Shown here: piece after piece, positions 39,901 through 51,120 of the stretch
Numbering within the stretch: position 1 is the stretch's first letter
Layout: every line of letters begins with the position of its first letter
DNA from: Candidatus Eiseniibacteriota bacterium
GTDB lineage: Bacteria > Eisenbacteria > RBG-16-71-46 > JABDJR01
Direction of reading: 5' to 3'
NCBI GenBank assembly: GCA_963762255.1
Contig: CAVXKA010000001.1
Span: forward strand, 512,001 to 576,000
Length of the DNA stretch: 64,000 bases
Notes under the pieces: generated by a model
Database searches by the model: none
Seen by the model: the letters and a program-made list of their open reading frames with translations, nothing else
Told to the model about the DNA's origin: nothing
Translations under genes and position numbers: made by a program

Positions 39901-42900
39901 CTAACGCGCGATTCGCATCAGGCGCCGCACCTCGGTGTGTCCGTCCGCGATGAGCCGGTAGAAATAGAGTCCGGCAGGCACGGCCACCGCGCGATCGTCT
40001 TCGCCGTCCCATCCGGCCACGTGATCGCCCGCCTGGAAACGGCCGTCGAGAAGCCTGCGGACACGCCGGCCGGCCACGTCGAAGATCTCCACCGTCACGT
40101 CCGCGTCCCGAGTGAGGGTGAAGCCCATGCCGGTCGCGCTCCGGAACGGGTTCGGAGAAGGACCGCGCAGAGTGACCGCGAAAGGCGGCGGAGCCTCGGG
40201 CGGGATGACCGGCGTATAGGTGTCCTCGAGAATCGAGAGCAGGGTGTTGGGAGACGGGTGACGAACGATGTTGTAGCGCCGCGAGGGCCAGAAGACCTCG
40301 ACCGAGTCCACCGTCGCATCGACGGGAAACCCGAACAACTCCGGTACGCGGCTCTTGGATGCCCAGCCTACGTTCGTTCCTACTTCGCGCGCCTGAACAT
40401 GCGATCCTGCATGGACGAGGATGAGGGCGCCGATCCCGTCGCGGTTTGCCATCTGACCACGAAGCGTCACCTTGAGCCAGGGCCGCGGGGAGGCTCCGTC
40501 GTTGAGACCGTTGATGTAGAGCTGGTTCGACTGACAACTGCTGCTGGTGCAGCCGCGGGTCAGATAGAGATCCGCATCGCCGTCCGCGTCCACGTCCACC
40601 CACGAACAGCCCAGGTCGGGCCCGGTGGTATTCACAGGCGCGGGGACATCGTCGACACGGGCCATGGTCCCGCCCAGGTTCTGGAACATGAGATTGCCGG
40701 TGGAGAGGTTCACGACGAAGAGATCGAGATCCCCGTCCAGGTCGTAGTCGATGAAGCCCGAGCCGGTGGCGCTGTTCGGGTCGTTCACACCGTAGCGGAT
40801 CGCCTCGTTCGTGAACGAACCGTCGCCGCGGTTCAGGTAGAGCGCGTTCTCGCCGGTCGAGGCGACAAAGAGATCGAGCCGGCCGTCGTTGTCGACGTCT
40901 CCCCAGCTCGCGCCCTGCGCGCCGGTCGCTGAGGCGATGCCCGCGGAATCGGTCACGTCCTCGAAATGGTTCCCGCCGAGGTTGTGATAGAGCACATGCG
41001 CCGGGGCGTCGAGCTTGGCGACGAAGAGATCCGGCATCCGATCGCCGTCGTAGTCTCCCCAGGCGCAGGCGTAGGCATTGCCGCCGTCGATCAGAGAATC
41101 GAACCCGGCGGAGGGGGCGACGTCGGTGAACGTCCCGTCCGCATTGTTGTGCCATAGCGCGGAAGCATAATCGCGGGAGATCACGACGAGATCCAGCCAC
41201 CCGTCGACGTCGGCGTCCGCCCAGGCGGCGTCGAACTCGCGGCCCAGGTCTGCGACGCCGCTCGCCGCGGTGGCGTCGGTAAAGCGGCCGTTACCGAGGT
41301 TCTTGAAGAGCCCGTGACCGGTGACGAAGAGATCGGGGTCCCCGTCGTTGTCGTAGTCGCCCCAGGCAACCCCCACGCCCCCTTCGGGGCTGCCGAGACC
41401 GGCCGCCGCGGTGGAATTCACGAAGGAGCGATTGCCCAGATTCTGATAGAGCGCATCGACCGCAGCCGCGGACCCCCCCGCGGTGTTGTTCACCACGTAG
41501 CAATCGGGGTCGCCGTCGTCGTCGTAGTCGCACCACCCCGCGCCCACGCTGTATCCGGCGTTGGAGATCGGCGCCGTCGTGGCGATCGCGGTGAGGGCAA
41601 GGGCGTTGAGACTCCCCCGAAGGGCCCGCACGTCGTAGGAGCCGTACTCCGCGTAGGTCGCCCTATCCTTCGCCTCACGGTGCACCTTCACCACGTACAC
41701 CCCGTCGACCGAAGCCGTGGCGGTCACGATCGAGGAAATGTCGGCCGTGTTGCGATCGGCGTTGTAGGCGATCAGGCTCGACGAGGGATCGAACACCTCC
41801 AGATAGGTGTCGCCCCAGCCCAGCACGTTGAGCGTCTCCACCACCAAGGGATCTCCCGCGGCAAGCGTGAGGCGGTGATAGTCGACATCACCGGCGCCGT
41901 AGAACGTGTGGTGGGCCGGAGTTCCGTCCAGCGGCAGGTCGGTGGCTTGGGCCACGGAACCGTCGGGCTCGAGCGCGTCCGGGAAGTACTCGACGCCGAG
42001 CGCGCCGAAGACGGCCTTCATCTCCTCGTAGAACCCGTTGGCGACCGGAGCGTTCATCCATCCTTCCCAGAAATCCTCGAGGCTCACGGTCGTCGCCGTC
42101 TTGAGCGGTCCGGTCAGCACCTCCCAGATCTGGGAGCGGGGGAGGGTAAGGGCGTCGTCGTCGAGTGCGGGCGCCTCGTCCGGCGTGTCGGGACCGTCCT
42201 CGATGTCCCACAACAGGGACTGCACGACCACCTCGCTCGCCGTCCCCTTGACCGCGTAGCTCGGGCCCTCGCACTCGTAGGAAAAGATGAGCTGGCCGTC
42301 GCCCGTCCCGCCGCTCGTGTCCACGTACCACGCCGGATGGGGATCGCCGGCGAGACGACGCGCCGCCGATTGGAAGTAGGACGCCCATCCTTCGCTCCAG
42401 GACAACCGCACGTCCTGATTGCTGTCGTCGACATAGTGCGTCCCGCCGGAGGAATCGTCTTTGGAGTAGAGCGCGGCGGCGTAGTGGCCGTACTCGTGGA
42501 TGATGACGCAGTCGTCGTATCCATCGCCGCCGACCAGGTAGATCGCGCTCTCCATCCGGGAGAAGTTGGTGCCTTTGGTGGAAGTCGAATTCCAGTACGC
42601 GCGAAGGGCGGCCGAAGGAAGGCTCCCGGTGAGGGACTGGATCAGAAGCGCCCCGTCCACACAGCAATCGAGAACGTTGAAGGCCTCTCCCCCCATGAGC
42701 GGTTCCACCACGAACTCGCCGACGTGGGTGCCGCTCGCCGGCTTCTGGAACGAGGGCGTGGCCGCCGAATAGGCCACAGGATTACTGGACGAGACGCGCA
42801 CACGCAGGTCGAGGCCCGGCCAGTTCTGAATCGTGCTCAACACCTTCACGGTAAAGGTGTCGGTGTCGAGCACGTCGACCGCGGTCAGGCTGAAGTTCCC

Positions 42901-43632
42901 CGAATCGTCGGTGCTGCCGTTCGCCACGCGGGTCTGCAGCGTGCCCTGGATCCGATAGAGCTCCACGTCGGCCCGCCGGATGGGCTTCACCGGGTCATCG
43001 GCGGAGAGATCGTGGAGGAAACCGTTCTGGTCAAACACGCGGTCCCGGTAGAAGAAGCGGCCGGTGAAGGTAAGGACCGCCGAGGGCGAGCCCACCACAG
43101 TCGAAGCCGCCGCCCCGGTCACGCCACCCGCGATCGGCGAGGCCGGGAACTCCAGCAGGGATCCCTCGGCAAGTCGGAGAAGGCGCCCCCCGCGCGCGGC
43201 GGGTTCGTAGAACCGCGAGGGGGTGAGATCCAGCGAGGCCCCGACGCTATAGCGACCGGTGCGTGAGACGACGGCCACCTGTGCGCGCAGTGCGGCGGTC
43301 GGACCCTCGGGAGCGCGGACACGAACGGGAAACGTGAGCGTCTCCCCAACCGCGGCGGGGCCATCGAAGACAGGCCGCGGGTCGAGCATCTCGAGCCCCT
43401 CGGGGGGGGCCACCGTGAGATGGATCTCTTCGACAGGCAGACGGGGCGTGATGCGGATCTCGGTATCCACGACGACCCCGGGGGTTACGGCTCCGAGGGC
43501 CTGCCACACGACTTCCACCCCGGGGAGGGGCTTGCACCCTTCGCCGCCAACGGAGGGGGCAGCCGATAGCGAAAGCGCCGCCGACACGGGCAGCGCCACG
43601 AATAGAAGCGCGCGGACTGAGGGAAGTCTCAT
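39901..43632 (-). CDS. Large secreted protein: zinc-metallopeptidase-like domain, PPC-like domain, FG-GAP/ASPIC-UnbV region, FlgD-Ig/T9SS-like C-terminal domain
   Basis: Signal peptide; IIHEYGH...WSEGWA; repeated WGDYDNDGDPDLFV; NRDGIGA; PNPF...IFDVAGRRVR...WDG...GLYFYRL. Confidence 0.85.
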   Translation of the reverse strand: MRLPSVRALLFVALPVSAALSLSAAPSVGGEGCKPLPGVEVVWQALGAVTPGVVVDTEIRITPRLPVEEIHLTVAPPEGLEMLDPRPVFDGPAAVGETLTFPVRVRAPEGPTAALRAQVAVVSRTGRYSVGASLDLTPSRFYEPAARGGRLLRLAEGSLLEFPASPIAGGVTGAAASTVVGSPSAVLTFTGRFFYRDRVFDQNGFLHDLSADDPVKPIRRADVELYRIQGTLQTRVANGSTDDSGNFSLTAVDVLDTDTFTVKVLSTIQNWPGLDLRVRVSSSNPVAYSAATPSFQKPASGTHVGEFVVEPLMGGEAFNVLDCCVDGALLIQSLTGSLPSAALRAYWNSTSTKGTNFSRMESAIYLVGGDGYDDCVIIHEYGHYAAALYSKDDSSGGTHYVDDSNQDVRLSWSEGWASYFQSAARRLAGDPHPAWYVDTSGGTGDGQLIFSYECEGPSYAVKGTASEVVVQSLLWDIEDGPDTPDEAPALDDDALTLPRSQIWEVLTGPLKTATTVSLEDFWEGWMNAPVANGFYEEMKAVFGALGVEYFPDALEPDGSVAQATDLPLDGTPAHHTFYGAGDVDYHRLTLAAGDPLVVETLNVLGWGDTYLEVFDPSSSLIAYNADRNTADISSIVTATASVDGVYVVKVHREAKDRATYAEYGSYDVRALRGSLNALALTAIATTAPISNAGYSVGAGWCDYDDDGDPDCYVVNNTAGGSAAAVDALYQNLGNRSFVNSTAAAGLGSPEGGVGVAWGDYDNDGDPDLFVTGHGLFKNLGNGRFTDATAASGVADLGREFDAAWADADVDGWLDLVVISRDYASALWHNNADGTFTDVAPSAGFDSLIDGGNAYACAWGDYDGDRMPDLFVAKLDAPAHVLYHNLGGNHFEDVTDSAGIASATGAQGASWGDVDNDGRLDLFVASTGENALYLNRGDGSFTNEAIRYGVNDPNSATGSGFIDYDLDGDLDLFVVNLSTGNLMFQNLGGTMARVDDVPAPVNTTGPDLGCSWVDVDADGDADLYLTRGCTSSSCQSNQLYINGLNDGASPRPWLKVTLRGQMANRDGIGALILVHAGSHVQAREVGTNVGWASKSRVPELFGFPVDATVDSVEVFWPSRRYNIVRHPSPNTLLSILEDTYTPVIPPEAPPPFAVTLRGPSPNPFRSATGMGFTLTRDADVTVEIFDVAGRRVRRLLDGRFQAGDHVAGWDGEDDRAVAVPAGLYFYRLIADGHTEVRRLMRIAR

Positions 43633-43744
43633 GGACTGGGGATCCTGGGTGCATCGGTGTCGAGGGGGGATGCGCGCAGGAAAGTGTACGCCCGGGGGGC
43701 AGGAAAACAAAGGGCGGGGAGGCGCCCCTCCCCGCCCTCGGAGG

Positions 43745-44989
43745 TCATCGCAATCGGACGATTCGGCCCGCTGCGGAGGGCCGGCCGTCCACCGTGACCT
43801 TGACAAAAAAGATGCCCGCGCCGACATCCAGACCCGCGGCATCGCGCCCATCCCATGCATACCCATGGTCGCCGGCGCCCAAGACACCTTCGGCCAGAGT
43901 GCGTACAGGGCGGCCGGCCACATCGAAGACTTCGGCGCGTACTTCGGACGACGCGTTCTCCGGAGCCAAGGTCAGTGACACATGCGCATGAGTCATGACG
44001 GGGTTGGGACGCACCGAGAGCGCGACGAGCGGGCGTAAGCCGGACTCGCCGTCACCGGGAACGGCGGTCACCGGGTAGGCGCACTGGACGATGCAGTGGT
44101 CGTCGATATCGCTCACGTAGATGGCTACGCCGGCCCCGGGCCGCACGGCCACACCAACGGGGCGGCTCAGCGCGCCCTCGCCGTCCGCGCCCCACTCGGC
44201 GAGATACGTGCCCAAGCCGGTGAACTTCTGAATGCGGTCGTTGCCGGAGTCGGCCACGTAGACGGCGCCGTTGATGTCGACAGAGACCGAGTAGCAGGCG
44301 GTGAACTCCCCGGGGTCGCTTCCGAAGGTGCCCCACTTGGCACTGAAGAAACCCGCGGGAGAGAATTTCTGGATCCGGCTGTTGCAGGTGTCGGACACAT
44401 AGACGAACCCCTCTGCGTCGATAGCGAGACCGGTGGGGCACATCATTTGTCCGTCACCGCTTCCGGTGCTTCCGAACTGCCTTTGAAACGTCCCGCTGGG
44501 TGCGAAGATCTGAACGCGGTTATTGCCGTTGTCGGCGACGTAGATCTGCCCGTCGGCGTTGACGCCGATTCCCCACGGGAATGAGAACTGCCCGGGGTCG
44601 CTGCCGGAACTCCCGAAGGCCAGGAGCGAGTCGCCGTTGCTCGAGAACTTGATCACGCGGTCGTTGCCCGAATCGGCCACATAGACGTTGCCGGCCGGGT
44701 CCGTGGCGATGCCTCGCGCACTGTGAACCCCGCCCCACTTGCCCAGGAAGTCGCCGGAGGCGGAGAACTTCTGGATGCGGTCATTCTGGGAGTCTGCGAC
44801 ATACACGGTGCCATCCGGGGCCACTGTCACCCCCCAGGGACCGTAGAAATCACCGTTGGGGGCGGCGAGGCCGCAGCAACCCAGAGAACCCCACTTTCCG
44901 ACGTACTCGGGTGGGGCATCTGCATTCGAAATTGAGGCAAATCCCGCAATCAAAATCGCTGTCAGCAAGCTGGCCGCAGTCCACTGCAT
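43745..44989 (-). CDS. Secreted NHL-repeat beta-propeller with FlgD-Ig/T9SS-like C-terminal domain
   Basis: Repeated PxGIAxDxxGxVYVADSGNDRIQKF; C-terminal PNP...VFDVAGRPVRTL...WDG. Confidence 0.88.
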   Translation of the reverse strand: MQWTAASLLTAILIAGFASISNADAPPEYVGKWGSLGCCGLAAPNGDFYGPWGVTVAPDGTVYVADSQNDRIQKFSASGDFLGKWGGVHSARGIATDPAGNVYVADSGNDRVIKFSSNGDSLLAFGSSGSDPGQFSFPWGIGVNADGQIYVADNGNNRVQIFAPSGTFQRQFGSTGSGDGQMMCPTGLAIDAEGFVYVSDTCNSRIQKFSPAGFFSAKWGTFGSDPGEFTACYSVSVDINGAVYVADSGNDRIQKFTGLGTYLAEWGADGEGALSRPVGVAVRPGAGVAIYVSDIDDHCIVQCAYPVTAVPGDGESGLRPLVALSVRPNPVMTHAHVSLTLAPENASSEVRAEVFDVAGRPVRTLAEGVLGAGDHGYAWDGRDAAGLDVGAGIFFVKVTVDGRPSAAGRIVRLR

Positions 44990-45422
44990 TCTCGTCACTG
45001 GTCCTTCCCGGGGGCAATCGTCAGCACAACTCAATCGGCAACTCCATGTCTGTAAAAGCCTTGAAACCCCTCTGGGCACGGACAGGATTGTGAAATCCTC
45101 CGCTCCGCGACGGGTCTGCTCCCATGCCTGAGCTGCGCTCCATGGACAATGGGTCCATGTAGGAGCCAGAAGCATGCCACGACACCCCAACCCCTGTCTT
45201 GAGTGGCGCGGCGGGGCGCGCGGGCGACGTGCGGAGCGCGCAGGCGAGCCGCAGAGTGTTTGAGCGGTCCCAATCCGATCTGATTTGCAACACTCACTGC
45301 CAAAAGGGCAAGAGTGGGCCCATTCGGTACTCGGTGTTTCAACTTGAAACCAGGCCGTTCAGCAGGGTAATTGCCTAATTATTAAAACGTTACGGATTCA
45401 CTTTGCCTGGTATGATGCCCTG

Positions 45423-45438
45423 TGGCATCCTGATTGCC
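45423..45438 (+). promoter_or_regulatory. Sigma54 (-24/-12) promoter upstream of groES
   Basis: TGGCATCCTGATTGCC with GG-N10-GC spacing; AT-rich tract about 40-55 nt upstream. Confidence 0.55.
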
Positions 45439-45595
45439 TTCTAGTAATGGCGAAGGGTGGCAGACCGCCCGGTGAGTTTGCCCATCTGGCACGGTCCGAT
45501 CGCCACCGTCATCCGGTTATCATCCCGGGCCGCTCGCGAGTGGCAGGGTTGGATCACAAACCGTTATTTCCCAAACTCAGTAAAGGAGTGAGACC

Positions 45596-45883
45596 ATGAA
45601 GGTCACGCCTCTTTCCGATCGAATCCTCGTCAAGCGCCTTGAGGTCGCCGAGGAGCAGCGGGGCGGAATCATCATCCCCGACACAGCCAAGGAGAAGCCG
45701 CAGCAGTGCGAGGTTATCGCGGTGGGCCCCGGTCGCATGACCGACGAGGGCAAGCGCCTCGTCCCCGAAGTGAAGAAGGGACAGCGCGTATTGATCGGTA
45801 AGTACTCGGGCACCGAGGTGAAGATCGACGGCCACGAGTACATCATCCTTCGCGAAGACGACATCCTCGGAATCGTCGCATAG
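45596..45883 (+). CDS. groES: Co-chaperonin GroES
   Basis: PLSDRILVK, GGIIIPDTAKEKP, KYSGTEVK. Confidence 0.98.
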   Translation: MKVTPLSDRILVKRLEVAEEQRGGIIIPDTAKEKPQQCEVIAVGPGRMTDEGKRLVPEVKKGQRVLIGKYSGTEVKIDGHEYIILREDDILGIVA

Positions 45884-47647
<1,764 letters not shown>

Positions 47648-47722
47648 TCCGGTCGTTCCGTTCTTCCGCGGTCGAGGCCGGCGCGAGAGGCGCCGGCGAG
47701 ACCCGAAAGTCGTTTCGACGAG

Positions 47723-47756
47723 AGAGCCCCGGGAGCTATCCCGGGGCTTTCTTTTT
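47723..47756 (+). terminator. Intrinsic terminator after groEL
   Basis: AGAGCCCCGGGA-GCTA-TCCCGGGGCTTT followed by CTTTTT. Confidence 0.85.
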
Positions 47757-47823
47757 GGCTCCCCGGGCGGTTAGAGTTCGAGGCCCCGTCCCGCTGCGCC
47801 ACGCAACTGGAGGATCTTTCAAC

Positions 47824-49611
47824 ATGGCCGCACCGATGCTCGACTACCGCATCCGATTCACCGAACCCTGGGCCCACCTGGTGGACATCGAACTCACGGT
47901 CCCCGTGGCCGTCGGGCAGGCGGCGCTGGATTTCTGGATGCCGGTGTGGACACCGGGTTCGTATCTGGTGCGCGAGTACGCGCGGCATATCGAGTCGTTT
48001 TCGGCCTCGGACGCCGGCGGGCGGGCGTTGCCGTGGCGCAAGACGAGCAAGAACCACTGGGAGGTGGAGCCCGGCGGCGCCGATTGCGTCGTGGTCCGCT
48101 ACCGGGTGTACGGCCACGAGATGTCGGTGCGCACGAACTGGGTGGAGGATGGGTTCGCGTTCTTGAACGGCGCGTCCACATTCCTGACCGTTCGCGGGAT
48201 GGAGAAGCAGCAGCACCGCCTGACCATGGAGATCCCGGCGTCGTGGGCCGGGGTGTGGACCTCGCTGGAGCGCGCCGAGATCGGCGCCGGCTCGGCCGGC
48301 AGTGGCGCGGCGGCGCCGGGCGAGTCGGTTCACATCTTCGTCGCCCGCGATCTGGACGAGCTGGTCGACTCGCCGATCCTGGCCGGCAGCCCCGCGGTCT
48401 ACGACTTCACGGTCGACGACAAGCCGGTGAGCCTGGTGAATCTGGGCGAGGGCGGACTCTGGGACGGCGCCAAGACCGCGGCCGACGTCAAGCGCATCGT
48501 CGAGGTCTACCGCGATCTGTATGGAAGTCTCCCGTTTTCCAGCTACGTTTTCTTCAACCTCATCGTGGAAGGAAGCGGCGGACTCGAGCACAAGAACTCC
48601 TGCGTGCTCATGGCGTCCCGCTACGCGTACCGCAAGCGCAGCGCCTACATCGATTGGCTCGGGCTCGCCAGCCACGAGTTCTTCCACGTGTGGAACGTGA
48701 AGCGAAGCCGGCCCGTTGCGCTGGGCCCTTTCGACTACGAGAGCGAGAACTACACGCGCAGCCTCTGGGTCGCGGAGGGGATCACCAACTACTACACCGA
48801 TCTCATGCCGCGTCGCGCCGGGCTCACCACCGACAAGGAGTTCCTGGGAGAGTTCTCGAAGCTCCTCGACACGCTCCAGAATACGCCGGGGCGCGCGCTC
48901 CACTCGCTGGAGGAGTCGAGCTTCGACGCGTGGATCAAGCTCTATCGGGCGGACGAGAACACCTCCAATACCACGATCAGCTACTACGTGAAGGGGGCGG
49001 TCGTGGCGTGGCTTCTGGACGCAGAGATCCGCCGCGTTACGGGCGGGAAGCGGTCCCTGGACGACCTCATGCGCCTGCTCTTCATGCGCCACGCCGGTGA
49101 ACGCGGGTATTCGGAGGAAGATGTCGAGCGCGCGGCGGCGGAGGTGGCGGGCGTTTCGCTGGACGCGTTCTTCGATGCGTGCGTGCGCGGGACCGGGGAG
49201 TTGGACTACGCCGGGGTGCTGGGATGGTTGGGATTGCGTTTCAAGCCCGTCGAGGCGGATGGCGAGGACGGACCCAAGGTATGGCTCGGTTTGGAGACAC
49301 GCGCCGACAACGGGCGGCTCCTGGTGAAGTCCGTGCGGCGGGATGGACCGGCGCGCGCGGCCGGCATCAATGCGGACGATGAGATCCTGGCGGTCGGCGG
49401 CTATCGGGTGACCGCGACCAACCTCAACGAGCGCTTGCAGCAGTACGAGCCGGGCGAGCGGGTCGAGGTGATGCTCGCGCGGCGCGATGCGGTTCGCGTG
49501 GCGCCGATCACGCTGGCGCCCCACGCGGGTTCGCCGTGGAAGCTCGAGGCCAATCCCGGGGCCGCGACAGAGGCGGCGGCGCAGCGCGAGGCGTGGTTGG
49601 GGCGGGGGTAG
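47824..49611 (+). CDS. M61 glycyl aminopeptidase family protein with PDZ domain
   Basis: MPVWTPGSYLVREY, GGLEHKNS, HEFFHVWNVKR, LWVAEG, ISYYVKG, C-terminal PDZ. Confidence 0.93.
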   Translation: MAAPMLDYRIRFTEPWAHLVDIELTVPVAVGQAALDFWMPVWTPGSYLVREYARHIESFSASDAGGRALPWRKTSKNHWEVEPGGADCVVVRYRVYGHEMSVRTNWVEDGFAFLNGASTFLTVRGMEKQQHRLTMEIPASWAGVWTSLERAEIGAGSAGSGAAAPGESVHIFVARDLDELVDSPILAGSPAVYDFTVDDKPVSLVNLGEGGLWDGAKTAADVKRIVEVYRDLYGSLPFSSYVFFNLIVEGSGGLEHKNSCVLMASRYAYRKRSAYIDWLGLASHEFFHVWNVKRSRPVALGPFDYESENYTRSLWVAEGITNYYTDLMPRRAGLTTDKEFLGEFSKLLDTLQNTPGRALHSLEESSFDAWIKLYRADENTSNTTISYYVKGAVVAWLLDAEIRRVTGGKRSLDDLMRLLFMRHAGERGYSEEDVERAAAEVAGVSLDAFFDACVRGTGELDYAGVLGWLGLRFKPVEADGEDGPKVWLGLETRADNGRLLVKSVRRDGPARAAGINADDEILAVGGYRVTATNLNERLQQYEPGERVEVMLARRDAVRVAPITLAPHAGSPWKLEANPGAATEAAAQREAWLGRG

Positions 49612-49842
49612 CGGCCAGGGCAAAGCGTCGTCCAAATGGCGGCCCCCCTGACGATTTCGGATGGCCCGGTCCGGTTTCCGGGACCAGCGGGAAGAGCCTT
49701 CAACAACCGTCTCGGGCTCGTCGGTGCCCGGGCGCCGTGGTAGGCTGACAGCCAAAGACGGGGGTGATTCTTCCTGCCTCGGCATCACTCCACGACAGTC
49801 GACAATGTGACGCAGCCATACTGCCCAACGATGGAGGATGCC

Positions 49843-51120
49843 ATGCGCGGCCCGCGCGTTCTTCCTGCTCTCCGGAACTGCTTTTTGATTTCCCCCTATC
49901 TTCTGGCCGTGACCGCGCTCCTGATGATGCCGCTGGGTTGCGGAGAGGATAAGCCGAGCACGCCGGTGGCGGTGAGCGTGGAGCCGTCGGCGGTGAGCGT
50001 GCGGGTTGGGCAGACGCACCAGTTCGCGGCGACGGCGACGGGGATGAGCGATCAATCCGTGACATGGTCGGTCGACGGTGACAGCACGCATGGTGCGATC
50101 GACTCAACCGGTCTCTACACGGCGCCGGACAGCGTGCCCAACCCTGCGGCGGTAACCGTGCGGGCGACGACCAAGGCCGACCCGAGCAAGAGCGGGACGG
50201 CGATCATCACGATCTCCAACATCCCCGATCTGCCCGGGTTTGCCGGCGTGCCTGCGGGCTCGTTCACGATGGGGGACGGCAGCTCAATCTCCTACTGCGG
50301 GACTCAGGAGCACGCTGTAACCCTGACGCGCGATTTCTACTTGGGTCAGACCGAGGTGACGAACCAGCAGTACTTGGCGGCGATGCAGTGGGCTCTGAAC
50401 CAGGGATACGTGGCGGTCCTGGATTCGGTCGTCTACGACCGCCTGGACGGGAGGAGTGGGACGGATATCGCGCTGCTGTATCTCGCGGACTCCGGCTCCG
50501 AGATCCGCCTCTCCGGCACCGTCTTCTTGCTGCGCGATGCCGGCCACAAGATCAACGCAAACCACCCGGTGAAGGAAGTGACCTGGTACGGGGCCGCAGC
50601 GTACTGTGACTGGTTGAGTCTGCAGGCGGGGCTGCCCCGGGCGTACAACCACGAAACCTGGACCTGCAATGGCGGGGACCCTTACGCAGCGGAGGGTTAC
50701 CGGTTGCCGACAGACGCGGAGTGGGAGTACGCCGCGCAGTACAACGACGGGCGAATCTATCCCTGGGGAAACGAGGGACCGGACTGCGACCGGGCGAATT
50801 ACTATGGCTGCAAGGGCGTTTGGACGGAGCCGGTGGGGAGCCAGGTAGCAGGGCCGGAGAAGACGATCCTGGACAAGGGACTCTTCGACATGGCGGGGAA
50901 CGTGCGGGAGTGGTGCAACGACTGGCACACGTGCAGCCTCGGTACCGCCGCCGCGCAGAACCCGCCAGGCCCGTTGTCGGGGAGCGACCGCACGCTTCGG
51001 GGTGGGTCGTGGTACACCTACAGTGGCGGCTACCTCCGGTGCGCGGACCGGGACGGCGCCCCCCCGTCGAGCAAGGACTCCTACGGCGGGGTTCGTGTTG
51101 CCAGGACCGTTGCGCCCTGA
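49843..51120 (+). CDS. Lipoprotein with Ig-like domain and FGE-sulfatase (SUMF1) domain
   Basis: LGC lipobox; GSFTMG, TEVTNQQY, YRLPTDAEWEYAA, GLFDMAGNVREW, LRGGSW. Confidence 0.9.
   Translation: MRGPRVLPALRNCFLISPYLLAVTALLMMPLGCGEDKPSTPVAVSVEPSAVSVRVGQTHQFAATATGMSDQSVTWSVDGDSTHGAIDSTGLYTAPDSVPNPAAVTVRATTKADPSKSGTAIITISNIPDLPGFAGVPAGSFTMGDGSSISYCGTQEHAVTLTRDFYLGQTEVTNQQYLAAMQWALNQGYVAVLDSVVYDRLDGRSGTDIALLYLADSGSEIRLSGTVFLLRDAGHKINANHPVKEVTWYGAAAYCDWLSLQAGLPRAYNHETWTCNGGDPYAAEGYRLPTDAEWEYAAQYNDGRIYPWGNEGPDCDRANYYGCKGVWTEPVGSQVAGPEKTILDKGLFDMAGNVREWCNDWHTCSLGTAAAQNPPGPLSGSDRTLRGGSWYTYSGGYLRCADRDGAPPSSKDSYGGVRVARTVAP

Noticed and set aside
40500-44830. Periodic DNA similarity suggesting a repeat array or CRISPR
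   Set aside because: Explained by FG-GAP and NHL protein repeats; no identical repeats with unique spacers and no cas genes in the window.
45280-45320. CIRCE-like half-sites CACTC...GAGTG and a minus-strand TGGCA...TTGC
   Set aside because: The half-site spacing is 16 rather than 9, and the sigma54-like site has GG-N11-GC, one base too long.
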